The position numbers were made by a program, and so were the translations under genes. This document shows positions 16,467-26,304 of a DNA stretch of 64,000 nucleotides, piece after piece (within the stretch, counting starts at the first letter, position 1; each line of letters opens with the position of its first letter). The notes beneath the pieces are model-generated. The model ran no database searches. It saw only the letters and a list, made by a program, of their open reading frames with translations, and was not told where the DNA came from. The stretch is from a virus (taxonomy: Duplodnaviria > Caudoviricetes), in the IMG/VR virus record IMGVR_UViG_3300047545_000306, positions 1 to 64,000 of that record; one strand, written 5' to 3'.

Positions 16467-16871
16467 CTACTTATGTAAAGCACGTTGCTTGGCTAGGGCA
16501 TCAAAGTCTTTCACCTTTGTGTCACCCATGTATCCCCAAGCATACCCCTTTTCAATCATTTCATTATTGATTGAGTTACCAGAGCCATCTAGGTATACCC
16601 AACCAAGAATGCGACCATACTTCTCAGATGAATCCATCTTCTCAGTCTTAATAACAACGGTCTTGGCAGCCTTGATAGCCTTCTTTAGGTATTCCTTAGA
16701 CTCTAGTCCCAGTGCCTTCTCTGCCTTATCGGTAGTGCGTGACTCTGGGGTATCGATACCAGCCAGACGAACTCGTGAACTAAAGCTAATGTCAAACCCT
16801 AGGTCGATTACAACGTCAATGGTATCTCCATCTACTACGTTGGTTACTTCTTTTACATAATACTCAAACAT
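16467..16871 (-). CDS. thermonuclease (SNase) family nuclease
   Basis: VVDGDTID..RVRLAGIDTPE..KYGRILG..GYA. Confidence 0.92.
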   Translation of the reverse strand: MFEYYVKEVTNVVDGDTIDVVIDLGFDISFSSRVRLAGIDTPESRTTDKAEKALGLESKEYLKKAIKAAKTVVIKTEKMDSSEKYGRILGWVYLDGSGNSINNEMIEKGYAWGYMGDTKVKDFDALAKQRALHK

Positions 16872-16886
16872 ATTATTACTCCATTA

Positions 16887-17345
16887 CTACGATAACAAGC
16901 CAACCAGATCGCTACAAACATAGTTTGGCTTGTAGAAATCGATTGCATCCTGTATGTCTATATAATCTATCTCTGGCATTACCAGGACAGAAGTTGGTCC
17001 AATCTGCTTACCTGGATAGGTCCAGATATGCCCCTGACTGGTTAGGGTAAAATCATCATGTTGGTGCCAAAAATAATTTAGGTGAGGAAAGGTGTTGTTA
17101 AAGAAGTTTAACGCCTCAAAGTTTTTGCAGTGAAACCAGGCAGCATGACCTATTTCAAGAAGAAAACTTTCTGGAATGAATAGGTACTTAGGACCGTCGT
17201 GACCAAAAGATATTTCCTCATTCCTAACCCAGACATCAACCTCTACATCAAAGCCAGACTGGATAGCCTCCATCAAATACTTTGGGCTATTCTCTAGTTC
17301 TGGATCGGAACCTGTTGTGTTTCCACGGTGAGCGATCTTAATCAT
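16887..17345 (-). CDS. GDPD/PLC-like phosphodiesterase-fold protein
   Basis: IAHRGN..EN..GFDVEVDVW..GHD..HCKN. Confidence 0.7.
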   Translation of the reverse strand: MIKIAHRGNTTGSDPELENSPKYLMEAIQSGFDVEVDVWVRNEEISFGHDGPKYLFIPESFLLEIGHAAWFHCKNFEALNFFNNTFPHLNYFWHQHDDFTLTSQGHIWTYPGKQIGPTSVLVMPEIDYIDIQDAIDFYKPNYVCSDLVGLLS

Positions 17346-17674
17346 CTGTCTCTCCTTACCGATATCTTGTCATTAGTAAAATTGGGAAGCTTTACACAAA
17401 CTACCTCGCAGTCTTCGTGAAAGACTGGGTCAGCTATCTCCATTGGTTCTAATATAAACACATCTCCAGGGCATATATCTACCCCCTGAATCGTCATGGA
17501 GCCACGTACGAGAAGGTTTATCTCGTCTAAGTGCTCATGATAGTGCCAATCCCATACTTCCCCAGCCTTGTGGATTTTGAAAGATACTTCTGCACCCTTT
17601 GTTTGATAAGCAGCATTTGGAAAGTTTCCAACATACCAACCACCTATAGAATCGTCTAGCTTCTTTAGTATCAT
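17342..17674 (-). CDS. cupin-domain protein
   Basis: GWYVGNF.P..HYH...DEINLLVRG. Confidence 0.75.
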   Translation of the reverse strand: MILKKLDDSIGGWYVGNFPNAAYQTKGAEVSFKIHKAGEVWDWHYHEHLDEINLLVRGSMTIQGVDICPGDVFILEPMEIADPVFHEDCEVVCVKLPNFTNDKISVRRDR

Positions 17675-18888
17675 AGATCAATGCTCCCCAAAACTTTATC
17701 AACAGCTTTTATAATTGTATCAGAGTAAAAGGTTTTTGCATAGTTTTCTGGCTCTCTTTTGTCAAAAAATATATTTGCATTTGGTTTAATTACTTCTAGG
17801 ATGTCCTCGTGCGGAAAACCGTATGACATTCTTGGTGCAATGTAGATGAACGTGCAGCTATCCTGAACGAATAGGGATTGTAGCTCTGATGCCCCTGCCC
17901 ATACAGCCACGACAGCTGCCTCTGACATGATATCCATCTGCTCCCTAAGACTCATGCCATCGATTGTCAGTATCTCAAATCCTTTAGACTTAAAAAAACC
18001 TTCTATCGCTTCTTCTTCGGAAGACGAAAAGTATCTAAGGTACACGTCCTTGACCCCAGAATTAAATTCTGCTGGATGAAAGGCTGATAGATCTACTCCA
18101 TCTATCCTGCCAGTATTTTCTGCAGTTCTCCAGTCTTTCGACCAAATGACCCCATTTGACTCTAAAAATTTGTACAAAAGATTTGCTTTGTCAAAGAATT
18201 CTCTTTTATGCTTTACGCTAACAAATATTTTTCTATGTGGTTTTTTCTTTTTTCTAATTCCTGCAAAGAAGTTTTTCATTGCTAGAGTTACTGCAAACTT
18301 ATAAGAGTAGGATGCATCATTATCTCCATCTAAAAGACCGCCTGTTAGAAGCCTGTCTACTGCAGAGAATATTTCTGTCTTTATTCCATCTCCCCATAAG
18401 CTTATGGCATATAGATTTTCAACCACCAGGTTTCCGTCACTGGGGAAAAACAAGAAATTCTCATAATCAAAATCAATGGTGTCTAGTAGCTCTGTCACCA
18501 GCTTTGGGTTCCTTGAGTGGTACTTGCAGAATTCTGCAAAGATTAACCTTGGGTGTGTCAGCTCTCCAGTATACATTATCACTGGCTTAAGGTCTGGGAC
18601 TGATTCTTTGATCAACAGGTACTCACCAATGATGTCGTGCATCAGGTGAAAGAACGGTCTCTGCCACTCTATGATATATGCGTTGCCAGACACCTTAACT
18701 ATTGGCTTATGTGGATCATTAATAATGCTTATTCCAGAAGCCTTGTAAAAAAATAGGTCCTCTCCGCCATCCCGATAAGACAACAACCCCCACTCTTCGG
18801 ATCTTTTGAAGTGGTCTGTTTTTATTGGCTCTGCTTTTGTAAATGATATCTTGGATACATCTAAGTGGTAGTTAGTGTCATAGCCCAT
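17671..18888 (-). CDS. glycosyltransferase family 61-like
   Basis: FFHLMHD..RKIFVS..EE...FF...GF..MSLREQ..GA. Confidence 0.7.
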   Translation of the reverse strand: MGYDTNYHLDVSKISFTKAEPIKTDHFKRSEEWGLLSYRDGGEDLFFYKASGISIINDPHKPIVKVSGNAYIIEWQRPFFHLMHDIIGEYLLIKESVPDLKPVIMYTGELTHPRLIFAEFCKYHSRNPKLVTELLDTIDFDYENFLFFPSDGNLVVENLYAISLWGDGIKTEIFSAVDRLLTGGLLDGDNDASYSYKFAVTLAMKNFFAGIRKKKKPHRKIFVSVKHKREFFDKANLLYKFLESNGVIWSKDWRTAENTGRIDGVDLSAFHPAEFNSGVKDVYLRYFSSSEEEAIEGFFKSKGFEILTIDGMSLREQMDIMSEAAVVAVWAGASELQSLFVQDSCTFIYIAPRMSYGFPHEDILEVIKPNANIFFDKREPENYAKTFYSDTIIKAVDKVLGSIDL

Positions 18889-19981
18889 AGGTTCCCCACG
18901 AAACTGATGAAAATCCAGAATCTGTTATGACATTAATTCCAACAGCCCTGTCTCTGTCTGCATCCTGCAACTTATCATTAACCAAGAATCTTTCACCCTT
19001 TGACACATCCATGACCATATAGTCCCAGTGGAGCCCCAACTCTCTAAGCTGCGACTCTACTACTGCCCTATTCACTTCTCTTCTTGCCGTGGTTATAACT
19101 ATTTTGTGACCAGACACGATCCACTCATTGATCTTGTCTAGTACTCCTGGCAGAAGCGTTGGCTTAGAGTCTTCATGGTTTGGGAAATGATGTGCGTGTT
19201 GTAGGATTGTTCCATCCAAATCTAAGAATATTGTCTTTGGCTTTTCTGCATAATACTCATCTATCTTAGATTGATATATCTCTAGATCCCTTGGAGTTCC
19301 AAGAGGAATGTATTGGTTGGCAGGAATGCTGTGAGATATGATCTTCTTGCCATCATTTATTAAATAGTTATATGTCAGAGAGACGTATGACTCCCTGCCG
19401 TCCTTGATGCAATCTGCAACCAAGCTTTCTGCAGACTTAACAAAATCTTTTCCTTGCTTCCAGTAATGGAGTCCAACCAGAGCATTGTCACTAATGGGAT
19501 TCTTTTCAGCTAGGTGTGTGACAAGCCCATTCTGAACTACTGCATAGCTGTGCTTGTGGCTTGATGATGGGTGTACCAAGATGCTGCCATCTATACCATG
19601 AGATCTAGACATTCTTAAAAAGTCTTCTGGGTCCCACTCAAGCCTCTGGTCACAATTGGTAAGGATAAGTTCATCATCATTGTTTATGTAGTCTTTGGCA
19701 ATTAGTGCAGAGAACGATGTTCCAAATTGCTTACCCTTGGCACGTAGCTCAACGTGTCCAGGTGCTACGCTGTGAAGTATCTCTGTCAGCTTCTTGTTAT
19801 GATCTGGATCATCATATTCTCTTGTAATAAAAATGAACCTACCCTGAATCCCTAGGGTCTCTACTGAGTGCTGAATTAGTGTTTTGCCATCTATTTCAAT
19901 TAGTGGCTTTGGAACCTCAAACCCTGCGTCACTAAATCTTGATCCTAGACCTGCCATAGGAATTATTATATTAACTGTCAT
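18878..19981 (-). CDS. sugar nucleotidyltransferase fused to a C-terminal HAD-like domain
   Basis: IIPMAGLGSRF...PKPLI, NCDQ, EK, LGTP.D; then DLDGT..TTAR..NDK. Confidence 0.85.
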   Translation of the reverse strand: MTVNIIIPMAGLGSRFSDAGFEVPKPLIEIDGKTLIQHSVETLGIQGRFIFITREYDDPDHNKKLTEILHSVAPGHVELRAKGKQFGTSFSALIAKDYINNDDELILTNCDQRLEWDPEDFLRMSRSHGIDGSILVHPSSSHKHSYAVVQNGLVTHLAEKNPISDNALVGLHYWKQGKDFVKSAESLVADCIKDGRESYVSLTYNYLINDGKKIISHSIPANQYIPLGTPRDLEIYQSKIDEYYAEKPKTIFLDLDGTILQHAHHFPNHEDSKPTLLPGVLDKINEWIVSGHKIVITTARREVNRAVVESQLRELGLHWDYMVMDVSKGERFLVNDKLQDADRDRAVGINVITDSGFSSVSWGTYGL

Positions 19982-19988
19982 ACTAAAA

Positions 19989-21197
19989 TTATAGCCTATC
20001 TAGGTGCTTTTGTTCTAGCTCTTTGATTATTTGCCTTGCTGAAAACTCTCCTGGATTCTTTCTTTTATCAAACACAATGATTGGATCATCCATCATAGAG
20101 CTAACAACATCTTCGTGGTAGAAGGTATACCCAGAGTTATTTGCTATTAAGATAAATACACCATCATTTTCTAGATACATTGAGTTTAGAGACCCTGCTC
20201 CTGTGATTGTTGCTATGTGCGTACAGCTAGAGAATAGCTCCATCTGATCTTCTAACGGCATCATTGATACCTCCATGATGTCGTAGCCCAGGAAAGCGAA
20301 ATAGTTTTCTATTAGCTTTTCTTCACTCTCCAGCATGTATCTGTGCCTTGCCTCAAAAAGTAGTTCTGCTGGGGTAGCTGGCTTAAACTTATCTAGGTTA
20401 GTCTTAGCTATGCCATTCGGATCGTTAATTAGTGATGGGTTGTTCATTTCCCAGGTTACGCCATTTTCTTCCAAAAACTTAATTAGATCATAATTCTTTT
20501 TAAAAGTCTCAGTTCTCTCTTTTCTGGATATAAAAATCTTTCTTGACCTGGCTTTCCCAGCCTCTTGGTTACGCTTTAGAATAAATTCCTTGAGCTCTCT
20601 TGAAAATAAATAAACCTGCTTGGTTGTTTCAGCCCACCTAATATCCATTGGTAAATCATAATTGGTTTCAGCCATTGAGCTAATGATTCCAGACATGATG
20701 TTGTTACAGGATGTGGTAATGAACGATAACTTTTCAAAAGTTATTTTCTTAAACATACGATAATGAACAATTTCATCTGGACTAACTCCGCACATCTCAA
20801 GAACTTGCGTCTTGTAGTGACTGTTTAGATAGTCTAAGTTGTTGTATGGAAAGTCTCCAACCATTGCTAGTGGCTTTATGTCTGGCAAATATCTTTTAAG
20901 TGCAAGATACTGTCCAAAATTGTCAAATAATGCGTGGAAAAAGGACTGATTTACATCTACCAGATAGACATGACCTGGGACATGCAGCTCCAGCTCTCCA
21001 GAGCCATCGATCTCTATGCCTAGATTCTTAATGGTGAATATTCCAACGTTGTCGTGCTCTACATGGTTGTCAAAGGTGCTAACGTCCCTCTTCTTCCAGT
21101 CATCCGACTCTAGAAAGTCTCTAACTCTTGTTGTCTCTATACTATCGAAGGTAGCTGAGACTAGTGGGATTGGTCCTGGTCTATATCCTGGCTTCAT
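19989..21197 (-). CDS. glycosyltransferase family 61-like (paralog)
   Basis: FFHALFD..RKIFISRK..EE...YF...GY..EDQMELF..GAG. Confidence 0.72.
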   Translation of the reverse strand: MKPGYRPGPIPLVSATFDSIETTRVRDFLESDDWKKRDVSTFDNHVEHDNVGIFTIKNLGIEIDGSGELELHVPGHVYLVDVNQSFFHALFDNFGQYLALKRYLPDIKPLAMVGDFPYNNLDYLNSHYKTQVLEMCGVSPDEIVHYRMFKKITFEKLSFITTSCNNIMSGIISSMAETNYDLPMDIRWAETTKQVYLFSRELKEFILKRNQEAGKARSRKIFISRKERTETFKKNYDLIKFLEENGVTWEMNNPSLINDPNGIAKTNLDKFKPATPAELLFEARHRYMLESEEKLIENYFAFLGYDIMEVSMMPLEDQMELFSSCTHIATITGAGSLNSMYLENDGVFILIANNSGYTFYHEDVVSSMMDDPIIVFDKRKNPGEFSARQIIKELEQKHLDRL

Positions 21198-22384
21198 TAG
21201 TCATTCCAAACCCATACCCTGGCACTGCTGCCAGACTGCCTAATCTTATCTAGGATTTCGTTATAAATATTCCAAGAAAATATGATAATGTCGTCTGGGT
21301 TCTTGCTTAGCATGTCTGCAGTGCTGACGATAGGGATCATTGGTCCTGGGACTATGTGTCCCTGCTTCTCCTTAACATCATCCGCTATTGCCTCTATGTA
21401 CCCTGGCTTAATCTTAGCAAAGTTAAGAGTTATAGTTGACTTAGCAGATGCAGCAAATCCACAGATAACGTTTCCAGCTAAGTAAAGGTTTGCCACCTTT
21501 TGACGGAACCTATCTATCTTAGATGAGATTCTATCTTGTGTAATCCCCCAAGCGGTTTCAGACAGAAGTCCGTCAGATAGCTCCTTGGCTATGTGCTCTG
21601 CCACGTGTGCCTGGACCTGCTCTGATTTTGACAACCAGTATCTGTTAGATCCACCCTGCGTGTCTACCCAGTCAAGACCGAATAGCTTCATGTCGTTCTT
21701 GCTTGCCAGCTTAGATACAGCCATTGCAGATAGGTATGAATAATGTTCGTGGAAGATTACATCGAAGTGGTCATGGTTAAGAATGTTCATTATGGTAGGG
21801 TTCTCTATAGTAACGACAGTGTTTCTGTTCGATAGGATTGAGATGCCCTCCATAAAGCTCTGAATGTCTGGAGTGTGTGCCATGACGTTGTTTGCGACGA
21901 TCCACCTTGGATACCCCTTCTTCTCAAGGATTTGTCTTGCAATGTCAGCGTTAAAGAATTCTGTAATCACTGGAACGCCAGAGCAAATGGCATACATAGA
22001 AATGTTTTTGGCTGGGTCAACGCCCAGCACGTCAACCCCTTGTGCTGCCAAATATTTCAGGAGATATCCGTCATTGCTAGCGATCTCAAGAACCCAGTCG
22101 TCAGCCGATACGTTTGGAAGTATGTGCTTATTAGCAAACATCTGTGCATACTCAACATAAGACTTGCTAGTAGAGGTTCTCCAGTTGTAGGTGCTGTACA
22201 GCTCCTCTGGTGACATGTCTAGCGATATCTGTCCTAGACCACAAGACTTGCACACAAGCATCTTAGTCTCGTACTCGTCATATGAATCGTTGACGCTGTT
22301 TAGGAAAGCACCAGCAACAGGAAGGTTGCCAAGATCAATTGCAGCAAATAGGTTATTGCTATCACACGCACGACACTTCATCAT
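21197..22384 (-). CDS. NDP-sugar C-methyltransferase
   Basis: CRAC..DLG..P..CKSCGLGQ zinc site, EIASNDG, NVMAH, FHEH.SYLS, GGS.R, FAASAK; ATGA overlap with rmlB. Confidence 0.88.
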   Translation of the reverse strand: MMKCRACDSNNLFAAIDLGNLPVAGAFLNSVNDSYDEYETKMLVCKSCGLGQISLDMSPEELYSTYNWRTSTSKSYVEYAQMFANKHILPNVSADDWVLEIASNDGYLLKYLAAQGVDVLGVDPAKNISMYAICSGVPVITEFFNADIARQILEKKGYPRWIVANNVMAHTPDIQSFMEGISILSNRNTVVTIENPTIMNILNHDHFDVIFHEHYSYLSAMAVSKLASKNDMKLFGLDWVDTQGGSNRYWLSKSEQVQAHVAEHIAKELSDGLLSETAWGITQDRISSKIDRFRQKVANLYLAGNVICGFAASAKSTITLNFAKIKPGYIEAIADDVKEKQGHIVPGPMIPIVSTADMLSKNPDDIIIFSWNIYNEILDKIRQSGSSARVWVWND

Positions 22385-23385
22385 AGCCACTCCAAATTGT
22401 TTAGGTACCACATAACGGTACTGTCTAAGGATTGCTTCAGGTCGTAGTCTGGTGTCCATCCCAACGATCTTAGCTTTGAGTCATCTAGTGCGTACGAAGG
22501 ATCGTATCCTGGTCTAGATATACTAGAGTCCTTGAGGTTATACCACAAACCTGTGCCCATGATTTCAGATATCATCTCTGCCCATTGTAGGTTGGTAAAG
22601 TGATCATCTCCAGCAATGTTAAAACGCTCTGGCTTATTAGAGTCTGCTGGTAGCAACGGCTCAACTGTTTTCAAAATGTGAACAATGGCTGATGCCTTGT
22701 TGCCAGCATATATCCAGTGGCGAGAACCAATCTTGCCACCATCATATGTGTGAATATCTACAGGCTCACTGTTTAACAATCTCTTGATAACCATTGGAGT
22801 AAACTTCTCTACGCCCTGGGCTTCTCCAATGATATTCATTGTGTTGGTAATGATTAGCGGAATGTTGTAGGTACGCCAATACGCAAAGGCAATGCTTTCT
22901 TGTGCAGCCTTGCTAGCACTGTACGGATTGCTTGGTAGGTGTGGGTCCCACTCAATTGACTTTCTATTCTGGTACGGTCCATATACCTCATCAGTAGATA
23001 TCTGAATAAATTTCTCTAGCTTAGCCTCACGTGCCCAGTCTAGCAGGTTGCAGATTAGTGCTACGTTATTAATAATAAATGGTGTAGGAGAGTTTACGCT
23101 TCTATCTACATGGCTTTCGCTAGCAGAATTAATAACATAATCAATCTTACCAATCTTCTTAGATGTGACTGAGGATATGGGTGACGATAGATCGCAAAGA
23201 ATTACCTTTACCCTGGCAAGTTCTGGATCTGATTCCTCGGTTGCAAAGGTAATCCTATCCTGAATTCCATGGTGTGTGAATGTCGATAGACATACGACTT
23301 CCCAGTCTGTGTGCTTTAGTATGTGCTTTAGTATGTGTGCACCCACAAAGCCTGAAGCTCCTGTCAGGAGTACTCTCTTAGTCAT
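22381..23385 (-). CDS. rmlB: dTDP-glucose 4,6-dehydratase
   Basis: TGASGFVG, ESHVDRS, STDEVYG, PSNPYSASKA. Confidence 0.9.
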   Translation of the reverse strand: MTKRVLLTGASGFVGAHILKHILKHTDWEVVCLSTFTHHGIQDRITFATEESDPELARVKVILCDLSSPISSVTSKKIGKIDYVINSASESHVDRSVNSPTPFIINNVALICNLLDWAREAKLEKFIQISTDEVYGPYQNRKSIEWDPHLPSNPYSASKAAQESIAFAYWRTYNIPLIITNTMNIIGEAQGVEKFTPMVIKRLLNSEPVDIHTYDGGKIGSRHWIYAGNKASAIVHILKTVEPLLPADSNKPERFNIAGDDHFTNLQWAEMISEIMGTGLWYNLKDSSISRPGYDPSYALDDSKLRSLGWTPDYDLKQSLDSTVMWYLNNLEWL

Positions 23386-23608
23386 CGCCCTGTAACCTAT
23401 TTTCTACGAGTCTTTCTCGTTCATCAGTGATGTTGTATGCAAACTTCATCATCTTTTCATATCCGCTTGGGCTGTCCATAATCTTATTGTAGTGATGATT
23501 GCAGAACACAAGGTCTCCAGTAATTCCTGTTACCTGAACATATGCTTGTGCTCCACAACTGTCACAACGATCTAAAGCAGTAAGTACCCACTCAACTGTC
23601 TCTACCAT
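23378..23608 (-). CDS. small zinc-binding actinobacterial-type protein
   Basis: LTALDRCDSCGAQAYV..L.FCNHH..DER. Confidence 0.7.
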   Translation of the reverse strand: MVETVEWVLTALDRCDSCGAQAYVQVTGITGDLVFCNHHYNKIMDSPSGYEKMMKFAYNITDERERLVENRLQGDD

Positions 23609-23784
23609 TACTTATCCTTGCTGTAGAATCCGCTACCCTTAAATTGAATGCCAATGCCACCGATGACCTGGTTCATTCTGTACCCACACTTTTCACACAT
23701 GTGCTCTGGTGATGGGTCGTGAATGCTTCTTGTTTCTACTAACTTAGTTTCACATTCTCTACAAACGTATTCGTATACTGGCAT
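23608..23784 (-). CDS. FmdB-family zinc-ribbon protein
   Basis: MPVYEYVCREC..CEKCG..IQFKGSGFYSKD (58 aa, not in the ORF track). Confidence 0.85.
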   Translation of the reverse strand: MPVYEYVCRECETKLVETRSIHDPSPEHMCEKCGYRMNQVIGGIGIQFKGSGFYSKDK

Positions 23785-23987
23785 TACTTTACTTTCTTTC
23801 CAAACTTACTCCAAAGTCGTTCATGCACGAAGTATCCAACGGCTTCCCAGCCAATGTAAAGCAGTGCACCCCAGGTTGCATACTCCCATTCACCAGTAAA
23901 AAGGTAAATGACTCCTGCAACGCCAACCAAATGGAAGGCTTCCCAGCTCAGCGTCTTAAATAATGTTTTCTTTTTTGAGTCTGACAT
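23784..23987 (-). CDS. DUF2061-like membrane protein
   Basis: DS.KK.LFKTLSW..YFVHERLW. Confidence 0.75.
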   Translation of the reverse strand: MSDSKKKTLFKTLSWEAFHLVGVAGVIYLFTGEWEYATWGALLYIGWEAVGYFVHERLWSKFGKKVK

Positions 23988-24811
23988 TATCCCAGCAGCT
24001 TCCAGGTTAGTGGACCAACTGATCCATCTGGCTTTGTAATTTGCTTATGCTTATTCTGGAAGATTACAACTGCGTTGTGAGTCTCATCGTCAAAGGTTCC
24101 AGATGGTGCTACGCCAAGTTTGTGCTGCAAGTACTTGACAGCATCTCCAGTTGAGCCCTTCTTTAGCTCTCCAAGTAGTGCAGGCTTCACAGGCTTTACG
24201 GCTGCCTTGGTTGCCACACGCTCTACTTCAACTGCTGCTGCTTGTGCCTCGTCGTGAGTTGGTGCTGCTGCTACTGGGTCTCTATCGGTTGCAACAACTG
24301 CTGCTGAAGCGATAGAAGCCTCTTGTGCGATCAGTGCTTTGAAGAATGCGATAGGTTCAATATAGTTCTTTCCGTTTGCATCCCAGATGTGTTCCTTGCC
24401 AAGACGAAGCTCCCAGTGTAAGTGCTTACCAGTAGACATACCAGTAGTACCCATCTTGCCGAGAGGAGTTCCAGCGGTGATCTTGTCACCCTTTGCCACC
24501 TTTAGAGAGCCCTTTTGCATGTGTGCAAATAGAGATGTGTACATCTTGCCATTAATCTTCATTAGTAGGATTACGTAGTACCCAAACCCACCAACAGATC
24601 CGTCTGGATTTTTTGACTTCGATGGTCCTGCGTAGATAACCTTGGCATCAAATGGTGCCTCAATCCAGCACGGCTCGTGAGCTGACCAGATGTCTGTGCC
24701 GTTGTGGTGCTTCTTTTGCTTAGTAACAGGGTGAATTCTCATCCCCATCAGAGATGTAGCCTTGAAATCTTTTCCAAGCTTTCCATCTATTGGAAATTGT
24801 GCCTTTGCCAT
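23987..24811 (-). CDS. endolysin: M23 peptidase plus peptidoglycan-binding domain
   Basis: HNGTD..FAH..GTTG.STG.HLHWE; LKKGSTG.AV..LQ..DG.VGP.TW. Confidence 0.88.
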   Translation of the reverse strand: MAKAQFPIDGKLGKDFKATSLMGMRIHPVTKQKKHHNGTDIWSAHEPCWIEAPFDAKVIYAGPSKSKNPDGSVGGFGYYVILLMKINGKMYTSLFAHMQKGSLKVAKGDKITAGTPLGKMGTTGMSTGKHLHWELRLGKEHIWDANGKNYIEPIAFFKALIAQEASIASAAVVATDRDPVAAAPTHDEAQAAAVEVERVATKAAVKPVKPALLGELKKGSTGDAVKYLQHKLGVAPSGTFDDETHNAVVIFQNKHKQITKPDGSVGPLTWKLLG

Positions 24812-24831
24812 ATAAATGACCTCCTATTTTA

Positions 24832-26244
24832 TTAACGACATATCTTCATGCCGTAAGTCTTTTCCCATTCAAGTATATCAGACTCATCATTCAGCAGAGG
24901 CTGACCCTTAATATTAAGGCTAGTATTTAGCAGTATTGGTATACCTGTTCTATTATAGAACATTTCCAGTAGTTTGTAAAGACCTGGATGCTGATCTTTA
25001 TTGACAGTCTGCACTCTAGAAGTACCGTCCTGGTGGACGACTGAGGGAATTAGGTCTGGCTTAAGGCATTTAGGTGTATATTGCATGTAAGGGCTTGTAT
25101 AGTCCATATCGAACCATTCAGAGGCATGCTCTTCCATTACCACAGGGGCAAATGGTCTGAAGAGCTCACGCTTCTTTATTCTATTAACCTTATCCTTAAT
25201 GTTTGGATCTCTTGGATCTGCAAGGATACTTCTATTTCCCAATGCTCTTGGTCCATACTCAGCTCTTCCTGTAGCTACCGCTGCGACTCCAGAAGACATT
25301 ATGCTATCAAATATCTCCTGAACTGGATACTCACCACCAAGGTCGTGTCCCAGATAGGGACCCTTCCAGTCAACATGCTTTCCGTATAATGCGGCAGCGG
25401 CTCCCAATGAGCTTCCTGCATCTCCTGGATTAGGCATTATCCAAACATCTGGGAAGATATCCCAAAGCATTGTGTTAGCCTTGCTATTCAAGGCACAGCC
25501 ACCCATAAATACTAGGTTAGGGCTATCAAGCTCCTGCCTAACTATGTACATAAAGTCCCACAATCTATCTTCATAAACTCTTTGGACTGCAGCCGCTATA
25601 TGAAATTTATCATTTTCAGTAATGTCCTGATCCCAGTCAATGATGCCCTTGTGGAAGTTATACTTTTGCTTATAGACTGATTGGAAGTATTCTGATACCT
25701 TTTCAAAATAAAGATCTGGATCTCCGTAGGCTGCCATCCCCATCATGATATACTCTTCTTGATTTGGCATCAGTCCAATTAGCTCTGTAAAGGCAGAATA
25801 GAACAGCCCAAAGCTGAATGGATAGTTCCATTTCTTATGTAGCGTTATCTTGTCTCCGTTGCCAACCCAGACGCTAGAGGTAGTAAACTCTCCTATTGCA
25901 TCCAACACTACAATTGCTGCATCCTTAAAAGGACTGGTATAATACCCTGCAGCTGCATGAGAGTAGTGGTGTGAAAATGATTTGTCAATATGTCTGGTTG
26001 GCTTCCAGTCTGCAAGACCTCCGTGCAGTGCTAGCCGAAATCTCTTGAGCAATGGCTTTTCATAGTATGCGACTACATCTGGAGTTCCATAGCTGATTGC
26101 ATCATTAATTAGATCATCATTCACATACCAGTCATTCTTTTCTTTGCTATACCTCTCTGCGTGACCAGCGAATAGAATCTTTCTGCCGTCAAGCAGGCAG
26201 ACTGCTGCATCGTGAGACGTTTCATTAATGCCCAAGACCTTCAT
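24832..26244 (-). CDS. carbamoyltransferase (NodU/CmcH/TobZ family)
   Basis: HDAA..ERYS..HHYSHAA..MGMAAYG..GGCALN..GDAG..EYGPRALGNRS..FRPFAP..DGTSRVQTV..NTSLN. Confidence 0.95.
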   Translation of the reverse strand: MKVLGINETSHDAAVCLLDGRKILFAGHAERYSKEKNDWYVNDDLINDAISYGTPDVVAYYEKPLLKRFRLALHGGLADWKPTRHIDKSFSHHYSHAAAGYYTSPFKDAAIVVLDAIGEFTTSSVWVGNGDKITLHKKWNYPFSFGLFYSAFTELIGLMPNQEEYIMMGMAAYGDPDLYFEKVSEYFQSVYKQKYNFHKGIIDWDQDITENDKFHIAAAVQRVYEDRLWDFMYIVRQELDSPNLVFMGGCALNSKANTMLWDIFPDVWIMPNPGDAGSSLGAAAALYGKHVDWKGPYLGHDLGGEYPVQEIFDSIMSSGVAAVATGRAEYGPRALGNRSILADPRDPNIKDKVNRIKKRELFRPFAPVVMEEHASEWFDMDYTSPYMQYTPKCLKPDLIPSVVHQDGTSRVQTVNKDQHPGLYKLLEMFYNRTGIPILLNTSLNIKGQPLLNDESDILEWEKTYGMKICR

Positions 26245-26304
26245 CAGTATGTATACTTTCTTGGCTTTAGCTTTTTCCTATTCTTAATCTTCCAGAAAAA
26301 GAAT

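Noticed and set aside
23308-23340. Tandem repeat TGTGCTTTAGTA
   Set aside because: Simply encodes HILKHILKH in RmlB; no regulatory evidence.
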